A DNA stretch of 64,000 nucleotides, from NCBI GenBank assembly GCA_036508535.1, contig DATCHE010000087.1, positions 1,878 to 65,877 of the forward strand, in the 5' to 3' direction. Positions within the stretch are counted from its first letter, which is position 1, and every line of letters begins with the position of its first letter. The notes beneath the pieces were generated by a model. That model ran no database searches and was not told the origin of the DNA. It saw nothing but the letters and a program-made list of their open reading frames with translations. Source of the stretch: Bacteroidales bacterium (GTDB lineage: Bacteria > Bacteroidota > Bacteroidia > Bacteroidales > VadinHA17). Shown piece by piece: positions 16,768 through 25,872 of this stretch. A program made the translations under genes and the position numbers.

Positions 16768-18371
16768 TTATAGTCGTATGGACCCTTGGTAATAATTGGG
16801 ATATCTGTAAAATTTTCAACAGCAGGAGGTGAGGGAATTGTCCATTCAAGAGTCTTACCGCCCCATGGATCTGGAAGTGCTTTAACTCCTGCTTTTAACG
16901 CAATAAACAAATTAGTTATAATTAAAGCCAGACCGGAATAAAGGACCCAGGATCCCATCGTGGAAATTATATTTCCTGCATGAAAGATTTCATCATAGTC
17001 GTAGTACCTTCTGGGCTCACCTTTAAACCCCAGGTAAAACATTGGAGAATATAATGTTATGAAACCAATGAAAAATAGTATGAGACCAATATTTGCCCAT
17101 CGCTGGTCATACATTTTACCTGTTATTTTGGGAAACCAGTAATGCACAGCTGCGAAAAAAGCAAATCCTGTACCCCCAAATACTATAAAATGGAAATGGC
17201 CTACTACAAACTGAGTATTATGGAGATGAACATTGGCAGCAAGAGAACCAAGAATAAGACCTGAGAATCCACCAACCATAAATACAAATATGAATGCCAT
17301 AGCCCAGTAGAAAGGCGTTTGAAGATCAATCGACCCCTGATGCATGGTGGATATCCAGTTAAATACCTTAATCGCACTTGGGATGGCTACAAGAAAAGTA
17401 AGAAGGGAAAAGGTATAGAGAGCTGTACCGCTCATACCGGATGTAAACATATGATGCCCCCATACAAAATAACCTACAAAGGCAATTGCCAGGACTGAGG
17501 CAACCATGAATTTATATCCAAAGATTGTTTTGTGAGAAAATGTAGTTATGATCTCGGATATTGCCCCCATTGCAGGCAGGATCATTATATAAACTGCAGG
17601 ATGACTGTATGTCCAGAATAAATGCTGATATAAAAGCGGATCACCACCAAGTGTCGGATCAAAAAACCCGATATGCATTGTCCTTTCTGCAACGATCATT
17701 AATAATGTTATGCCAATTATCGGAGTGGCAAGCAATTGTACCCATCCTGTGGCATAAAGCGTCCATGGGAATAATGGCATTTTTAACCAGGTCATTCCGG
17801 GGGCTCTCATCCGGTGTATCGTAACTAAGAAGTTCAATCCGGTAAGAATAGATGAAAAGCCCAGAACAAACGCACCAAACACTGCAGGTAGCATATTTCC
17901 TGCTGTTCTGAAGCTATATGGCGCATAGAATGTCCATCCGGTATCAGGTGGTCCCTGTCCTGTAAATTGCGAGATCAAAACTAAAGAAACGCCAGCTACA
18001 TAGAAATACCACGACAGAAGATTAAGTCTTGGAAAAGCAACATCTTTTGCTCCGATCATTATAGGTAACATGAAATTTCCAAACACTGCGGGTAATCCGG
18101 GAATGACAATAGCAAAAATCATTATTATGCCATGCAGTGTAAAAAAGGCATCATAGGTCTGGGCCGTCATTATGGTTTTTCCCGGAGCAATCAGCTCAAA
18201 TTTCATTAATAATCCAAGTGTAGCTCCAACTGCAAAAAATGTAAGTATTGAGAACAAGTATAATAAGGCAATCCTTTTATGATCGGTAGAGAGTATCCAG
18301 GAGAATATGCCCGTATATTTTCCTTTATATTCAAGATAACTGGGTTCTGCAAAGGCTTTTGGACTACTCAT
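16764..18371 (-). CDS. ctaD: Cytochrome c oxidase subunit I
   Basis: 535 aa. Haem-copper oxidase signatures are LFWTYSHPAVYIMILP, WGHHMFTSGM and VVGHFHFIVFGG. Confidence 0.95.
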   Translation of the reverse strand: MSSPKAFAEPSYLEYKGKYTGIFSWILSTDHKRIALLYLFSILTFFAVGATLGLLMKFELIAPGKTIMTAQTYDAFFTLHGIIMIFAIVIPGLPAVFGNFMLPIMIGAKDVAFPRLNLLSWYFYVAGVSLVLISQFTGQGPPDTGWTFYAPYSFRTAGNMLPAVFGAFVLGFSSILTGLNFLVTIHRMRAPGMTWLKMPLFPWTLYATGWVQLLATPIIGITLLMIVAERTMHIGFFDPTLGGDPLLYQHLFWTYSHPAVYIMILPAMGAISEIITTFSHKTIFGYKFMVASVLAIAFVGYFVWGHHMFTSGMSGTALYTFSLLTFLVAIPSAIKVFNWISTMHQGSIDLQTPFYWAMAFIFVFMVGGFSGLILGSLAANVHLHNTQFVVGHFHFIVFGGTGFAFFAAVHYWFPKITGKMYDQRWANIGLILFFIGFITLYSPMFYLGFKGEPRRYYDYDEIFHAGNIISTMGSWVLYSGLALIITNLFIALKAGVKALPDPWGGKTLEWTIPSPPAVENFTDIPIITKGPYDYK

Positions 18372-19159
18372 TTGATTTCCTTCTTTTTAAATTTAACCCG
18401 GGATAAGGCCAGAACCAAAAAAATCAACACTACAAAAAATAAAATGACTATTGCCGATACTCTTGTAACGTTAAATACAAACTGATTTCCTTTGTCATCG
18501 TATGAATAACATACAGCCAGCAGCCTGTTGATGCTTGGACCCACCTTGCCCTCACCAGCTTCAATCATTGTGATTTTGATATCAAAAGGAAGAAAATCAA
18601 TTCCACGCAGATACCGTATTATTTTTCCGTCGGAACCAAGTGCAATCAGGCCGGTAGGATGTACATACTGATTATTAATCTTCTCATAATTGAATCCTAC
18701 CGATTGAGTTAATTTTGCAATATTGATACTGTCGGAAACAAAAAAGAGCCAGCCGGCTGCAGCCTCTTTTTTCTTCATAGTACTGATATAACTCGCTTTC
18801 TTTTTAATTCCCAGATCAATTCGCTCAGTAGGGTCAAAACTGATTGTAATAACCTGGTAATCTTTTCCCAATTGAAGATCGACATCATCAATGAATTTAG
18901 AAATCCCCCACATAAGCGGACTGCAGGTACCCGGACACTCAAAATAAACCATATTGAGAATTGTGGGTTTATTTATAACGTCCTTTAAATGAATAGTATC
19001 TCCCGATTCATTAACAAGCATAATGTTCAGATCAGCATATTTACCCTGCATCTCCGCGAAACCGACCTGCATTTGTTTATCAAAGAGAGTTGTCTGAGAG
19101 TATGAATTGAAGCCCGCCATATATAATAATAGCACAAAAAACAGTTTAGATTGGCTCAT
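18368..19159 (-). CDS. SCO1/SenC-family copper chaperone
   Basis: 263 aa. Signal peptide, thioredoxin-fold CxxxC (YFECPGTCSP), downstream His (QYVHPTG) and a C-terminal TM segment. Overlaps coxI by 4 nt. Confidence 0.78.
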   Translation of the reverse strand: MSQSKLFFVLLLYMAGFNSYSQTTLFDKQMQVGFAEMQGKYADLNIMLVNESGDTIHLKDVINKPTILNMVYFECPGTCSPLMWGISKFIDDVDLQLGKDYQVITISFDPTERIDLGIKKKASYISTMKKKEAAAGWLFFVSDSINIAKLTQSVGFNYEKINNQYVHPTGLIALGSDGKIIRYLRGIDFLPFDIKITMIEAGEGKVGPSINRLLAVCYSYDDKGNQFVFNVTRVSAIVILFFVVLIFLVLALSRVKFKKKEIK

Positions 19160-19236
19160 TGCTGTACTTTTGGAAATGAATTAAATTAAGTATAAAGATA
19201 AATTATTTTTATTTCAGGGAATCCCAAAGTTAATTA

Positions 19237-19638
19237 TCATTTCTTTTGTGTGGCAGATTCTTTTCCGGATTCTTCTTCATCAGAATAGATGCCGGCAATC
19301 ATCAATGATCCTCCCATTAGTGAGATGTCTTTTAACAGTGCAATTATTGTAATCGTTTTATCAGTTTCACTTATAAGGTGCGGAATATGAATTGTTACAA
19401 TAAAGATGAAGAGCAGCCCCGCGAGCATAAAGGTGGAGAGTTTTACAAATTTTTTTGTAATTATACTTATGCTTGTAGCGATGAGCATTAACCCTGTCAG
19501 AATTATTGTATATGCACCCAGAGGGATGAAGGATGTGAGCATTCCTACGTAATAATCCGTCATCAGAAAATGATTTATCCCGAAAAGTAAAAAAGGAATT
19601 GCGAACAGAATTCTTCCGAGGGTGGTGATTTTTTTCAT
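19237..19638 (-). CDS. DoxX-like membrane protein
   Basis: Four hydrophobic helices (FAIPFLLFGINHF...), similar to DoxX. The ATG at 19638 (MKKITTLG) is preferred over the track GTG at 19707. Confidence 0.55.
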   Translation of the reverse strand: MKKITTLGRILFAIPFLLFGINHFLMTDYYVGMLTSFIPLGAYTIILTGLMLIATSISIITKKFVKLSTFMLAGLLFIFIVTIHIPHLISETDKTITIIALLKDISLMGGSLMIAGIYSDEEESGKESATQKK

Positions 19639-19751
19639 GGACAGAATGTTGAAGATTTTACAAAAGAAATGAGGTAGTCTCAAAAGCCCTAATTTTTTAT
19701 TAGCCACTAAATCCCTAAATAGGACTAAGAGATAATCAGCACCTTAAAGAA

Positions 19752-19779
19752 CCCCCTTTAGGGGCAGGGGGCAAAAAAA
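19752..19779. repeat. C-run/G-run hairpin repeat unit (CCCCCTTTAGGGG-CA-GGGGGCAAAAAAA)
   Basis: A GC island in an AT-rich intergenic region between the fadD-like stop and the DoxX-like start. It shares its core with units at 22148-22171 and 25096-25125. Confidence 0.7.
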
Positions 19780-19810
19780 CAGATGTTGAGACAGCCTCAT
19801 ATCGTTTAAT

Positions 19811-21457
19811 TTATGTATACAAAAATCTTTTAATCTTTAAGGTTGCGGTTTTCTGAAAAGGAACAGGTTGCAGAACAACCTTTTGTATCTGGCTGAATTT
19901 ATTAACATGAGTATTAACATATTCCTGCAATTCACGGAGAACCTCCTCAACTTTTTCATCAAACTGTTTACTCATGTCCTGCTTAAGATCATTGTATTTC
20001 TTTTCAAGCTCCTCCATGTTAATATGAACGAGAGCGACAAGTTTTCCTTTTTTCTGAACAACAAGCGACTCTACAACAAAACGGAAATTGTTAATAATTG
20101 ATTCAATCTCTTCCGGATAAATATTTTCTCCGCTTGAACTCAGGATCATATTTTTCAGTCGACCTTTAATGTAAAGATTGTTGTTCCTATCCAGGGTTCC
20201 GAGGTCTCCGGTTTTAAACCATCCGTCCGGCGTAAGCACTTCTTTTGTCATTTCCGGCTCTTTATAATATCCTTTCATAACAGTTGGCCCTTTTGCCCAT
20301 ATTTCACCTTCCCCTGTTTTTTTGTCAGGGTTATTTATAATCAGTTCAATACCTTCAATTTTAGGCCCTGTAGACTCAAATACTGATTTAGAAGCGTTAG
20401 TACCTGCGAGAAGTGGGGCTGTCTCAGTAAGACCATAACCAATTGCATAGGGGAATTTAGCTTCGATGAGAAATTTTTCAACGCTTTTATTTAGTTTGGC
20501 GCCACCAATTCCATAAAACTTAAGATGACCACCGAAAGTTTTTAACAACTTTTTTCCTGCAGCTTTATTCAATATTTTTCTAAAAAAAGGTATCTTATAC
20601 AGAAATTTAAGGATTAATTTCTCTCTGAATGTCGGCATTACCTTATTAAAATAGATTTTTTCAATAATCAGAGGAACTGTAAGCATCACTGTTGGTTTTA
20701 TTTCAGCCAAAGCAGGGATAAGTACAGCTGGTGTAGGAGGTTTCCGCAGATAATATACACAACTTCCGAAAATCATTGGCAAAATCAGGCCAAGAGTATT
20801 TTCATAAGTATGAGACAATGGTAAAACGGACAAAAAACGATCATTTTCGTTCATCGGATGAATAACATTTCCCTTAAGAGCATTAAAAGTAATATTTTTG
20901 TGGGTCAGCATAACCCCTTTTGAACGGCCCGTAGTTCCGGAAGTATAAATAATAGATGCAAGATCTTCTTCTTCTACATCATAATTTCTGGAAGGAATGG
21001 CAGAAACATCATAGTTAACAGCTCCCTTCTCAGACATAAATAATGAAAAATCTTCAATAATAATTCCGGTTTTAAGATCTTCAGATTTAAAGCCTTCGAT
21101 TCTGGATAACAAAGAATTTGAAATAAAAATGACTTTGGCTCCTGAATGCTCAAGAACATTGCTTACTTCTGTGTTCGAAAAATCGGGCAATATAGGTACA
21201 ACAATTACACCCATAAAAGTTATTGCAAAAAAGGCAACTCCCCAGTTTGGCATATTTGAACTCAGCAACGCCACCTTATCTCCGGGGCAAACGCCATTCT
21301 TTTCTAGCATGGCTATCAGTGCCCTGATCTCTTTGTAGGCAGTCTCATAGCTCTTTGGCTCTTCACCAACAAAGGCCCAAGCACTCTGCTTTCCGAACTT
21401 TCTTAATGTTTCATTAAACATTGCAGGGAAAGTTAACCTGATATCTTTTGTTTCCAT
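19811..21457 (-). CDS. Long-chain fatty-acid--CoA ligase (AMP-dependent synthetase)
   Basis: 548 aa. Adenylate-forming motifs are IIYTSGTTGRSKGV, GYGLTETAP and GWFKTGDLG. Confidence 0.85.
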   Translation of the reverse strand: METKDIRLTFPAMFNETLRKFGKQSAWAFVGEEPKSYETAYKEIRALIAMLEKNGVCPGDKVALLSSNMPNWGVAFFAITFMGVIVVPILPDFSNTEVSNVLEHSGAKVIFISNSLLSRIEGFKSEDLKTGIIIEDFSLFMSEKGAVNYDVSAIPSRNYDVEEEDLASIIYTSGTTGRSKGVMLTHKNITFNALKGNVIHPMNENDRFLSVLPLSHTYENTLGLILPMIFGSCVYYLRKPPTPAVLIPALAEIKPTVMLTVPLIIEKIYFNKVMPTFREKLILKFLYKIPFFRKILNKAAGKKLLKTFGGHLKFYGIGGAKLNKSVEKFLIEAKFPYAIGYGLTETAPLLAGTNASKSVFESTGPKIEGIELIINNPDKKTGEGEIWAKGPTVMKGYYKEPEMTKEVLTPDGWFKTGDLGTLDRNNNLYIKGRLKNMILSSSGENIYPEEIESIINNFRFVVESLVVQKKGKLVALVHINMEELEKKYNDLKQDMSKQFDEKVEEVLRELQEYVNTHVNKFSQIQKVVLQPVPFQKTATLKIKRFLYT

Positions 21458-21488
21458 TATCCCCTATTATTAAGCTGGTTATAATCGG

Positions 21489-21496
21489 CAAAGGTA
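21489..21496 (-). promoter_or_regulatory. Candidate -7 box (TACCTTTG on the minus strand) for the acyl-CoA ligase gene
   Basis: Plus strand reads caaaggta, 31 nt upstream of the ATG at 21457. Confidence 0.3.
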
Positions 21497-21590
21497 CTGA
21501 ATTATTACTTTCGTAGGCTTATAATTGTCATATATTAACCTAATATAACAAAAGCTAAACCAACACTGAACCTTTGTCGAACAGAATGGT

Positions 21591-21598
21591 TAAATTTG
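21591..21598 (+). promoter_or_regulatory. Candidate -7 box TAAATTTG for queD
   Basis: Matches TAnnTTTG, 25 nt upstream of the ATG at 21624. Confidence 0.35.
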
Positions 21599-21623
21599 TA
21601 AAATATTATTCAATCGGTCAAAT

Positions 21624-22076
21624 ATGGCTTCAGTAATTAGAGTAACAAAGGAATTTCCCTTTGAAATGTCTCATGTACTTTGGAATTATGACGGACCTTG
21701 CAGAAATGTTCATGGTCATTCATATCGTCTTTTTGTGACTATTGCCGGTATTCCTGTTGATGAACCGGACCATCCAAAGAACGGTATGGTAATGGATTTT
21801 ACCGACATAAAAAGTATCGTAAAAAAAAATATTGTGAATGTTTTTGATCACACCGTTGTAATAAGCAAGCACTTTGATAAGGGAAAAACAGAGATGTTTA
21901 CAAAAATGTTTGGAAACACCGTACTTGTAGAGTATCAACCAACCTGTGAAAACCTTGTTGCAGATTTTGCCGGAAGGATCTCAAAGCTTCTGCCACCCGG
22001 AATAAAACTTCACAAATTAAAACTATATGAAACTGCCAGCTCTTTCGCAGAATGGTATGCTTCTGATAATATTTAA
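21624..22076 (+). CDS. queD: 6-carboxy-5,6,7,8-tetrahydropterin synthase (6-pyruvoyl-tetrahydropterin synthase family)
   Basis: 150 aa. CRNVHGHSYRLFV is the Cys plus zinc-His motif of the PTPS/QueD family. Confidence 0.82.
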   Translation: MASVIRVTKEFPFEMSHVLWNYDGPCRNVHGHSYRLFVTIAGIPVDEPDHPKNGMVMDFTDIKSIVKKNIVNVFDHTVVISKHFDKGKTEMFTKMFGNTVLVEYQPTCENLVADFAGRISKLLPPGIKLHKLKLYETASSFAEWYASDNI

Positions 22077-22087
22077 TGGCCACCCAA

Positions 22088-22176
22088 CCCCCTAAGGGGG
22101 GCTAAACCTACACATACAGATGAAATTCAGACAATTGCAGGAACGTACCCCCTTTAGGGGGAAGGGGGCAAGAGGG
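22088..22176. repeat. Composite GC-hairpin element, copy upstream of polA
   Basis: CCCCCTAAGGGGGG (22088-22101), a spacer containing ACACATA, then CCCCCTTTAGGGGGAAGGGGGCAA (22148-22171) followed by GAGGG. It has the same architecture and orientation as 25022-25142. Confidence 0.7.
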
Positions 22177-22219
22177 TTCGGATGCAAAATAAAGTACACT
22201 TCAAACTTAAAATATATAT

Positions 22220-25021
22220 ATGACAGATTCTCACCCTAAAAAACTCTTCCTGCTCGATGCTTATGCCCTTATATTCAGGGCATATTATGCATTTATTAAA
22301 AACCCGAGAATAACTTCAAAAGGTCTAAATACGTCGGCAATATTCGGATTCCTCCTTGCACTTGAAGAGGTTCTTCAGAAGCAGAAGCCAACTCATATTG
22401 CAGTTGTATTCGATACTCCGACACCCACCTTCAGGCATGAAATGTTCAAAGAATATAAAGCGCATCGTGACGAGACACCGGAAGATATTATTAAAGCAGT
22501 TCCATATATAAAACGACTTATTGAAGCATATAAAATTCCTGTTATAGATTACCCCGGGTTTGAAGCGGATGATGTTATTGGAACACTTGCCAGGAAAGCT
22601 TCTGAAAGGGGTTTTGTAACTTATATGATGACCCCCGACAAAGATTTCGCACAACTGGTATCTCCTAATGTTTTTATGTTTAAGCCATCCCGTAGCGGAA
22701 ACGAGTCAATTTTGTGGGGTGTTGATGACATTAAAAAAGAATTCTCCGTTCAACGTCCTGAACAGGTCATTGATGTGCTTGCTCTTATGGGTGATTCTGC
22801 TGACAATATTCCCGGGGCCCCCGGAGTTGGTCCAAAAACGGCAATGAAACTTGTCTCAGAATATGGAAGTGTTGAAGCGCTTTTTAGGAATACTGACAAA
22901 TTAAAGGGAAAACTTAGAGAGATAATTGAGAACAATAAGGCACAGATTGAACTTTCAAAAATACTTGCTACGATTGAGCAGAATGTTCCTGTTGATCTGG
23001 ATGAAAATGCTCTTGTTTTGGAAGTCCCCGATCCCGTTAAGCTTAAGGCGCTTTTTGATGAGCTTGAGTTTAAAACAATCTCGGCAAAGATCCTTGCTGA
23101 AATTGATAAGTCTGAAAAACCGAGGGAAACGAAACCTCCGGCTTCCCCGCCAAAAGATTCTCAACAGGGCACCCTGTTTGGAGATGAGGCAATTGCTCCA
23201 ATAACAAATATTTCATCAATCGAAAATGTGGTTCACCACTACACTCTCATTTCTTCTAATTCTGAACTTAAAGATTTTGTAAAACTCATTGGAGGGCTGA
23301 AAGAATTTTGTTTCGATTCTGAAACTACAAGCATTAATCCACTCGATGCCGAACTGGTAGCCCTTACATTTTCATGGGAGAAAGGGAAAGGATACCTTAT
23401 TCATTTCCCGGATAATGAAAAGGAAACAAAAGCAATATTAGAGATTCTCAGACCAGTATTTGAAAATCCCGACACATTGAAAATAGGGCAAAACATAAAA
23501 TTCGACATTCAGGTACTTGCAAATTATGGTATTCAGGTAAAGGGGCCATTATTCGATACAATGATAGCTCATTATCTGCTTGAACCGGATATGAGGCATA
23601 ACATGAATCTTCTCTCAGAAACATATCTTTCATATAGTCCGGTTCATATCGAATCGTTAATTGGTGATAAAGGGAACAATCAGAAAAACATGCGCTCCGT
23701 GGCTGTCGATAAATTGATGGAATATGCAGTTGAGGATGCAGACGTTACATACCAGCTTAAAAATGTTTTTGAACCCAAAATAAAATCGGAAGGACTCGGG
23801 GAGCTCTCACGAAACATTGAGATGCCTCTTATCAATGTACTCGCTGCAATGGAAAGGTACGGTGTTAAACTGAACCTCGATGATCTGAAAGAGATAACAA
23901 GTAATCTCAGGGAAGATATAATTTCACTGGAGAAGGAAATTTATGCCCTGGCGGAAACCGAATTTAATATATCCTCACCAAAGCAACTCGGCGACATCCT
24001 TTTTATCAGGCTTAAACTTGACGAGAAAGCGCGGGTAACAAAAACCAAGCAGTTTATCACAAACGAAGAGATTCTTCAAAGACTGGTGAGTAAGCACCCT
24101 ATCGTAGAAAAAGTATTGGAATACAGGGGTCTCAGGAAACTGTTATCAACATATGTGGAGGCTCTTCCGTTGCTGGTCGATAAGAATACCGGAAGAATAC
24201 ATACATCTTACAACCAGGCTGTTGCAGCAACAGGCAGGCTAAGTTCAAATAACCCAAATTTGCAGAACATACCCGTAAGAGATGCCAGAGGAAGAGAAAT
24301 CAGGAAAGCATTTGTTCCTGACAGTGGATGTGTATTTCTTTCGGTCGACTATTCTCAGATAGAGCTCAGGTTAATGGCTCACCTTAGCAAGGATAAAAGT
24401 ATGATTGACGATTTTTTGTCAGGAAACGATATTCATGCCGGTACGGCCTCGAAGATATTTGGCGTAGATATTAAAGACGTTACACGCGAAATGCGAAGCA
24501 GGGCTAAAACCGCCAACTTTGGAATTATTTACGGAATATCTTCTTATGGACTTTCTGAAAGGTTGAATATTGGAAGAAAAGAAGCAAAAGAGCTGATTGA
24601 CGGGTATTTTAATTCTTATCCCGGTGTAAAAATCTACATGGATGAGAGTATCCGAAAGGCCAGAGAACTAGGTTATGTTACAACTATGTTTGGACGAAGA
24701 AGATATCTCCGCGATATACTGTCAAATAATCAGGTGGTAAGGGGAAATGCTGAAAGAAATGCAATTAATGCACCTCTGCAGGGTAGTGCGGCAGACATTA
24801 TAAAAATTGCTATGGTAAGGATTTACAACAGGATGATAACTGAAAAATACAGATCAAAAATGATCCTTCAGGTACATGATGAACTTATCTTTGAAGTCGT
24901 AAAGTCTGAACTTGAGAAACTTAAGGAGATGGTTGTTTACGAAATGTCAAATGCTGTAAAACTTGATGTTCCTCTCATGGTTGATGCGGGAGTAGGAAAT
25001 AATTGGTTCGAGGCACACTAG
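22220..25021 (+). CDS. polA: DNA polymerase I
   Basis: 933 aa. 5' nuclease N-terminus and 3'-5' exonuclease region are present. Family-A motifs are DYSQIELRLMAH, RSRAKTANFGIIYG and LQVHDELIFE. Confidence 0.97.
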   Translation: MTDSHPKKLFLLDAYALIFRAYYAFIKNPRITSKGLNTSAIFGFLLALEEVLQKQKPTHIAVVFDTPTPTFRHEMFKEYKAHRDETPEDIIKAVPYIKRLIEAYKIPVIDYPGFEADDVIGTLARKASERGFVTYMMTPDKDFAQLVSPNVFMFKPSRSGNESILWGVDDIKKEFSVQRPEQVIDVLALMGDSADNIPGAPGVGPKTAMKLVSEYGSVEALFRNTDKLKGKLREIIENNKAQIELSKILATIEQNVPVDLDENALVLEVPDPVKLKALFDELEFKTISAKILAEIDKSEKPRETKPPASPPKDSQQGTLFGDEAIAPITNISSIENVVHHYTLISSNSELKDFVKLIGGLKEFCFDSETTSINPLDAELVALTFSWEKGKGYLIHFPDNEKETKAILEILRPVFENPDTLKIGQNIKFDIQVLANYGIQVKGPLFDTMIAHYLLEPDMRHNMNLLSETYLSYSPVHIESLIGDKGNNQKNMRSVAVDKLMEYAVEDADVTYQLKNVFEPKIKSEGLGELSRNIEMPLINVLAAMERYGVKLNLDDLKEITSNLREDIISLEKEIYALAETEFNISSPKQLGDILFIRLKLDEKARVTKTKQFITNEEILQRLVSKHPIVEKVLEYRGLRKLLSTYVEALPLLVDKNTGRIHTSYNQAVAATGRLSSNNPNLQNIPVRDARGREIRKAFVPDSGCVFLSVDYSQIELRLMAHLSKDKSMIDDFLSGNDIHAGTASKIFGVDIKDVTREMRSRAKTANFGIIYGISSYGLSERLNIGRKEAKELIDGYFNSYPGVKIYMDESIRKARELGYVTTMFGRRRYLRDILSNNQVVRGNAERNAINAPLQGSAADIIKIAMVRIYNRMITEKYRSKMILQVHDELIFEVVKSELEKLKEMVVYEMSNAVKLDVPLMVDAGVGNNWFEAH

Positions 25022-25142
25022 CCCCCTTGCCCCTCCCGCTGCGCGGGACAAGCTCTGAAGGGGGTGGGTTAATAGTCATATACACATAAAGTTAGCCCCC
25101 CTTTAGGGGGGTTGGGGGGCAAAAAACAAGGGGGTGGGTAAA
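25022..25142. repeat. Composite GC-hairpin element, copy downstream of polA
   Basis: CCCCCTTGCCCCTCCCGCTGCGCGGG...GAAGGGGGTGGGTTAA, a spacer with ACACATA, then CCCCCCTTTAGGGGGGTTGGGGGGCAAAAAACAAGGGGGTGGGTAAA. The tail AAGGGGGTGGGTWAA occurs twice. Confidence 0.7.
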
Positions 25143-25175
25143 TCCTAAAAATAACATTTGTAACTAGATAAAACT

Positions 25176-25409
25176 ATGCAGGTTAAAGTATTGTTCTTCG
25201 GTGTTCTGGTTGAAGTTACAGGGAGTAACATTAAATTCTATAGTGATGCCAAAACAATGGGAGCTCTTAAGTTCATGATTCAGGATGACTTCCCGGAAAT
25301 TGTCCATTACAGCTATTGTATATCTCTTAATAATGAGATTGTTAGTAATGATCGTATTTTGAAGGATGGAGATGAAATTGCTTTATTGCCTCCTTTTGCC
25401 GGGGGTTAG
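25176..25409 (+). CDS. moaD: MoaD/ThiS-family sulfur carrier (molybdopterin synthase small subunit)
   Basis: 77 aa ending ...LLPPFAGG. It lies directly upstream of moaE. Confidence 0.8.
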   Translation: MQVKVLFFGVLVEVTGSNIKFYSDAKTMGALKFMIQDDFPEIVHYSYCISLNNEIVSNDRILKDGDEIALLPPFAGG

Positions 25410-25435
25410 ATGAGTTAATTAATAGTATTTATTCT

Positions 25436-25870
25436 ATGACAATAAATTATCTTATAAAAGGACCAATAACTCCTGATTTTATTACAAAGCTTATCGGGAA
25501 AACGACTGAAAGAACAGATACAGGAGGTCACTCGATTTTTCTGGGACAGGTAAGGGCCGACGAAATTAATGGTAAAAAAGTCAGAGCTATCGAATATTCT
25601 GCATACGAAGCGATGGTTAAGCTTGAAGCAGATGCTATTAAAGATACAATTTTATCGGAGTTTGCAGATGCCAGATCGATAGATATTGTTCATTCAACAG
25701 GTGTTGTAAACGCAGGAGAGATTTCGCTTTTTGTACTTGTTTCAGCAGGCCACCGCAAGCATGCAATAGAGGCATGCAGTAAAACCGTTGAACTGATAAA
25801 AGTAAAACTACCGATCTGGAAGAAGGAAATATTTGAAGATTCCTCTTTCGGGTGGAGACAAAACACTTAA
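25436..25870 (+). CDS. moaE: Molybdopterin synthase catalytic subunit
   Basis: 144 aa. MoaE-like (GGHSIFLGQVRAD...) and sits 26 nt after moaD. Confidence 0.82.
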   Translation: MTINYLIKGPITPDFITKLIGKTTERTDTGGHSIFLGQVRADEINGKKVRAIEYSAYEAMVKLEADAIKDTILSEFADARSIDIVHSTGVVNAGEISLFVLVSAGHRKHAIEACSKTVELIKVKLPIWKKEIFEDSSFGWRQNT

Positions 25871-25872
25871 AT

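Noticed and set aside
25022-25175. Possible Moco riboswitch upstream of moaD, and similarly a preQ1 riboswitch upstream of queD (21458-21623)
   Set aside because: The moaD leader is occupied by the GC-hairpin repeat. I saw no Moco-motif conserved blocks. The queD leader shows no preQ1-I/II-like stem followed by an A-rich tail. Both should be checked with Rfam models.
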